NCBI RefSeq assembly: GCF_963921235.1
Contig: NC_086097.1
Span: 3,906,001-3,970,000, forward strand
DNA length: 64,000 nucleotides
Direction of reading: 5' to 3'
DNA from: Mobula hypostoma
Lineage: Eukaryota
The first letter of the stretch is position 1. Every line of letters begins with the position of its first letter. Positions 63,340 through 64,000 of this stretch are shown in pieces. A program made the translations under genes and the position numbers. The notes below the pieces were generated by a model that saw only the letters and a program-made list of their open reading frames with translations, had not been told where the DNA came from and did no database searches.

Positions 63340-64000
63340 TTGGGAGGGAGAAGCTATATAATTGCTATTGGCATTTCCTGATATTTAGTCAGGACACCAC
63401 CCCATACACCAGTAGAGGTCAAATGCTCTAGTTAGATGAGTACTGTGGCAACAGAAGGCAATGGCAAACCACTGCTGAAATTTCTGCCTAGTCAATCATG
63501 GAAAGAAACAAAAGAAGGAAACCAGACAACAGCGTGAATGGGGTTGATTCTAATCAACAGAACAACACCTCGCTCAGTAGGGGTAGTCATGTGCTGCAGC
63601 TAACACCAGACCGTCATCCAGAGACTGTAAGCAATAGGGAAAGGCTAAAGGTAGCAACATGGAACATCCGTACACTTCACCAGAAAGGAAAGTTGGACAA
63701 CACATTAAATGAAATGAAAAGGTTGGAAATTGATATCTGTCAGAAATTAGATGGACCGACTAAGAATAGTTCTCTGATAATGTATTCTGGAGGTCAACTA
63801 CATATGTATGGAGTTGGAATTATTTTAAACAAACAAGTATCAAAATGTCTTATGGGATTCTGGGCGATATCCGATCGGCTGCTTTTAGTTAGATTAAGGG
63901 GTAACCCTTTTAACATTAGCATAATCCAAGCCTACGCGCCAACAAATGATGCGGATGAAGAGGATATCAACAAGTTTTATGAAGATCTCGGCAGTGCTTA
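63340..64000 (+). mobile_element. RTE/BovB-like LINE 5' end (APE domain start), running off the window
   Basis: RLKVATWNIRTL...EMKRLEIDI..EIRW, YGVGIIL, AISDRLLLVRL.G.PFNISIIQAYAPT; Bov-A-like motif at 63453-63502. Confidence 0.8.

Noticed and set aside
63340..63450. HDV-like ribozyme at the RTE 5' end
   Set aside because: Plausible for the RTE clade, but I could not identify the nested double-pseudoknot pairings by eye; it needs a descriptor search.

Overview
Repeat-dense vertebrate genomic DNA; the V-SINE/HE1-like SINEs and the CR1, Rex/Babar and Penelope families point to a cartilaginous fish, probably a ray (inference). There are two protein-coding genes, tail to tail. On +, a complete six-exon otubain deubiquitinase gene (OTUB2 by exon structure and DDX24 adjacency; CDS join 26843-26854, 37754-37846, 38710-38828, 40283-40367, 43612-43806, 48223-48432; 237 aa) starts in a CpG island with tandem TCACGTGA E-boxes. 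On -, the last four coding exons of the DEAD-box helicase DDX24 (62482-62557, 59965-60153, 51642-51771, 50444-50661); this gene continues beyond the window end. Most of the rest is transposable elements: Gypsy LTR remnants, a Tc1, nested CR1, Rex/Babar, RTE and L1 LINEs, and V-SINEs. The most notable non-gene signals are (i) a Penelope-like element plus about 15 short derivatives carrying a minimal type I hammerhead ribozyme motif (AGUC-CUGACGA-stem II-GAAAC-GUC-GACU), some inserted as head-to-head palindromes with target-site duplications, and (ii) a non-autonomous Helitron in a DDX24 intron encoding a 23-aa-period STPR-like repeat protein. All calls were made by eye, without database searches; transposon boundaries are approximate unless a TSD or terminus is quoted.
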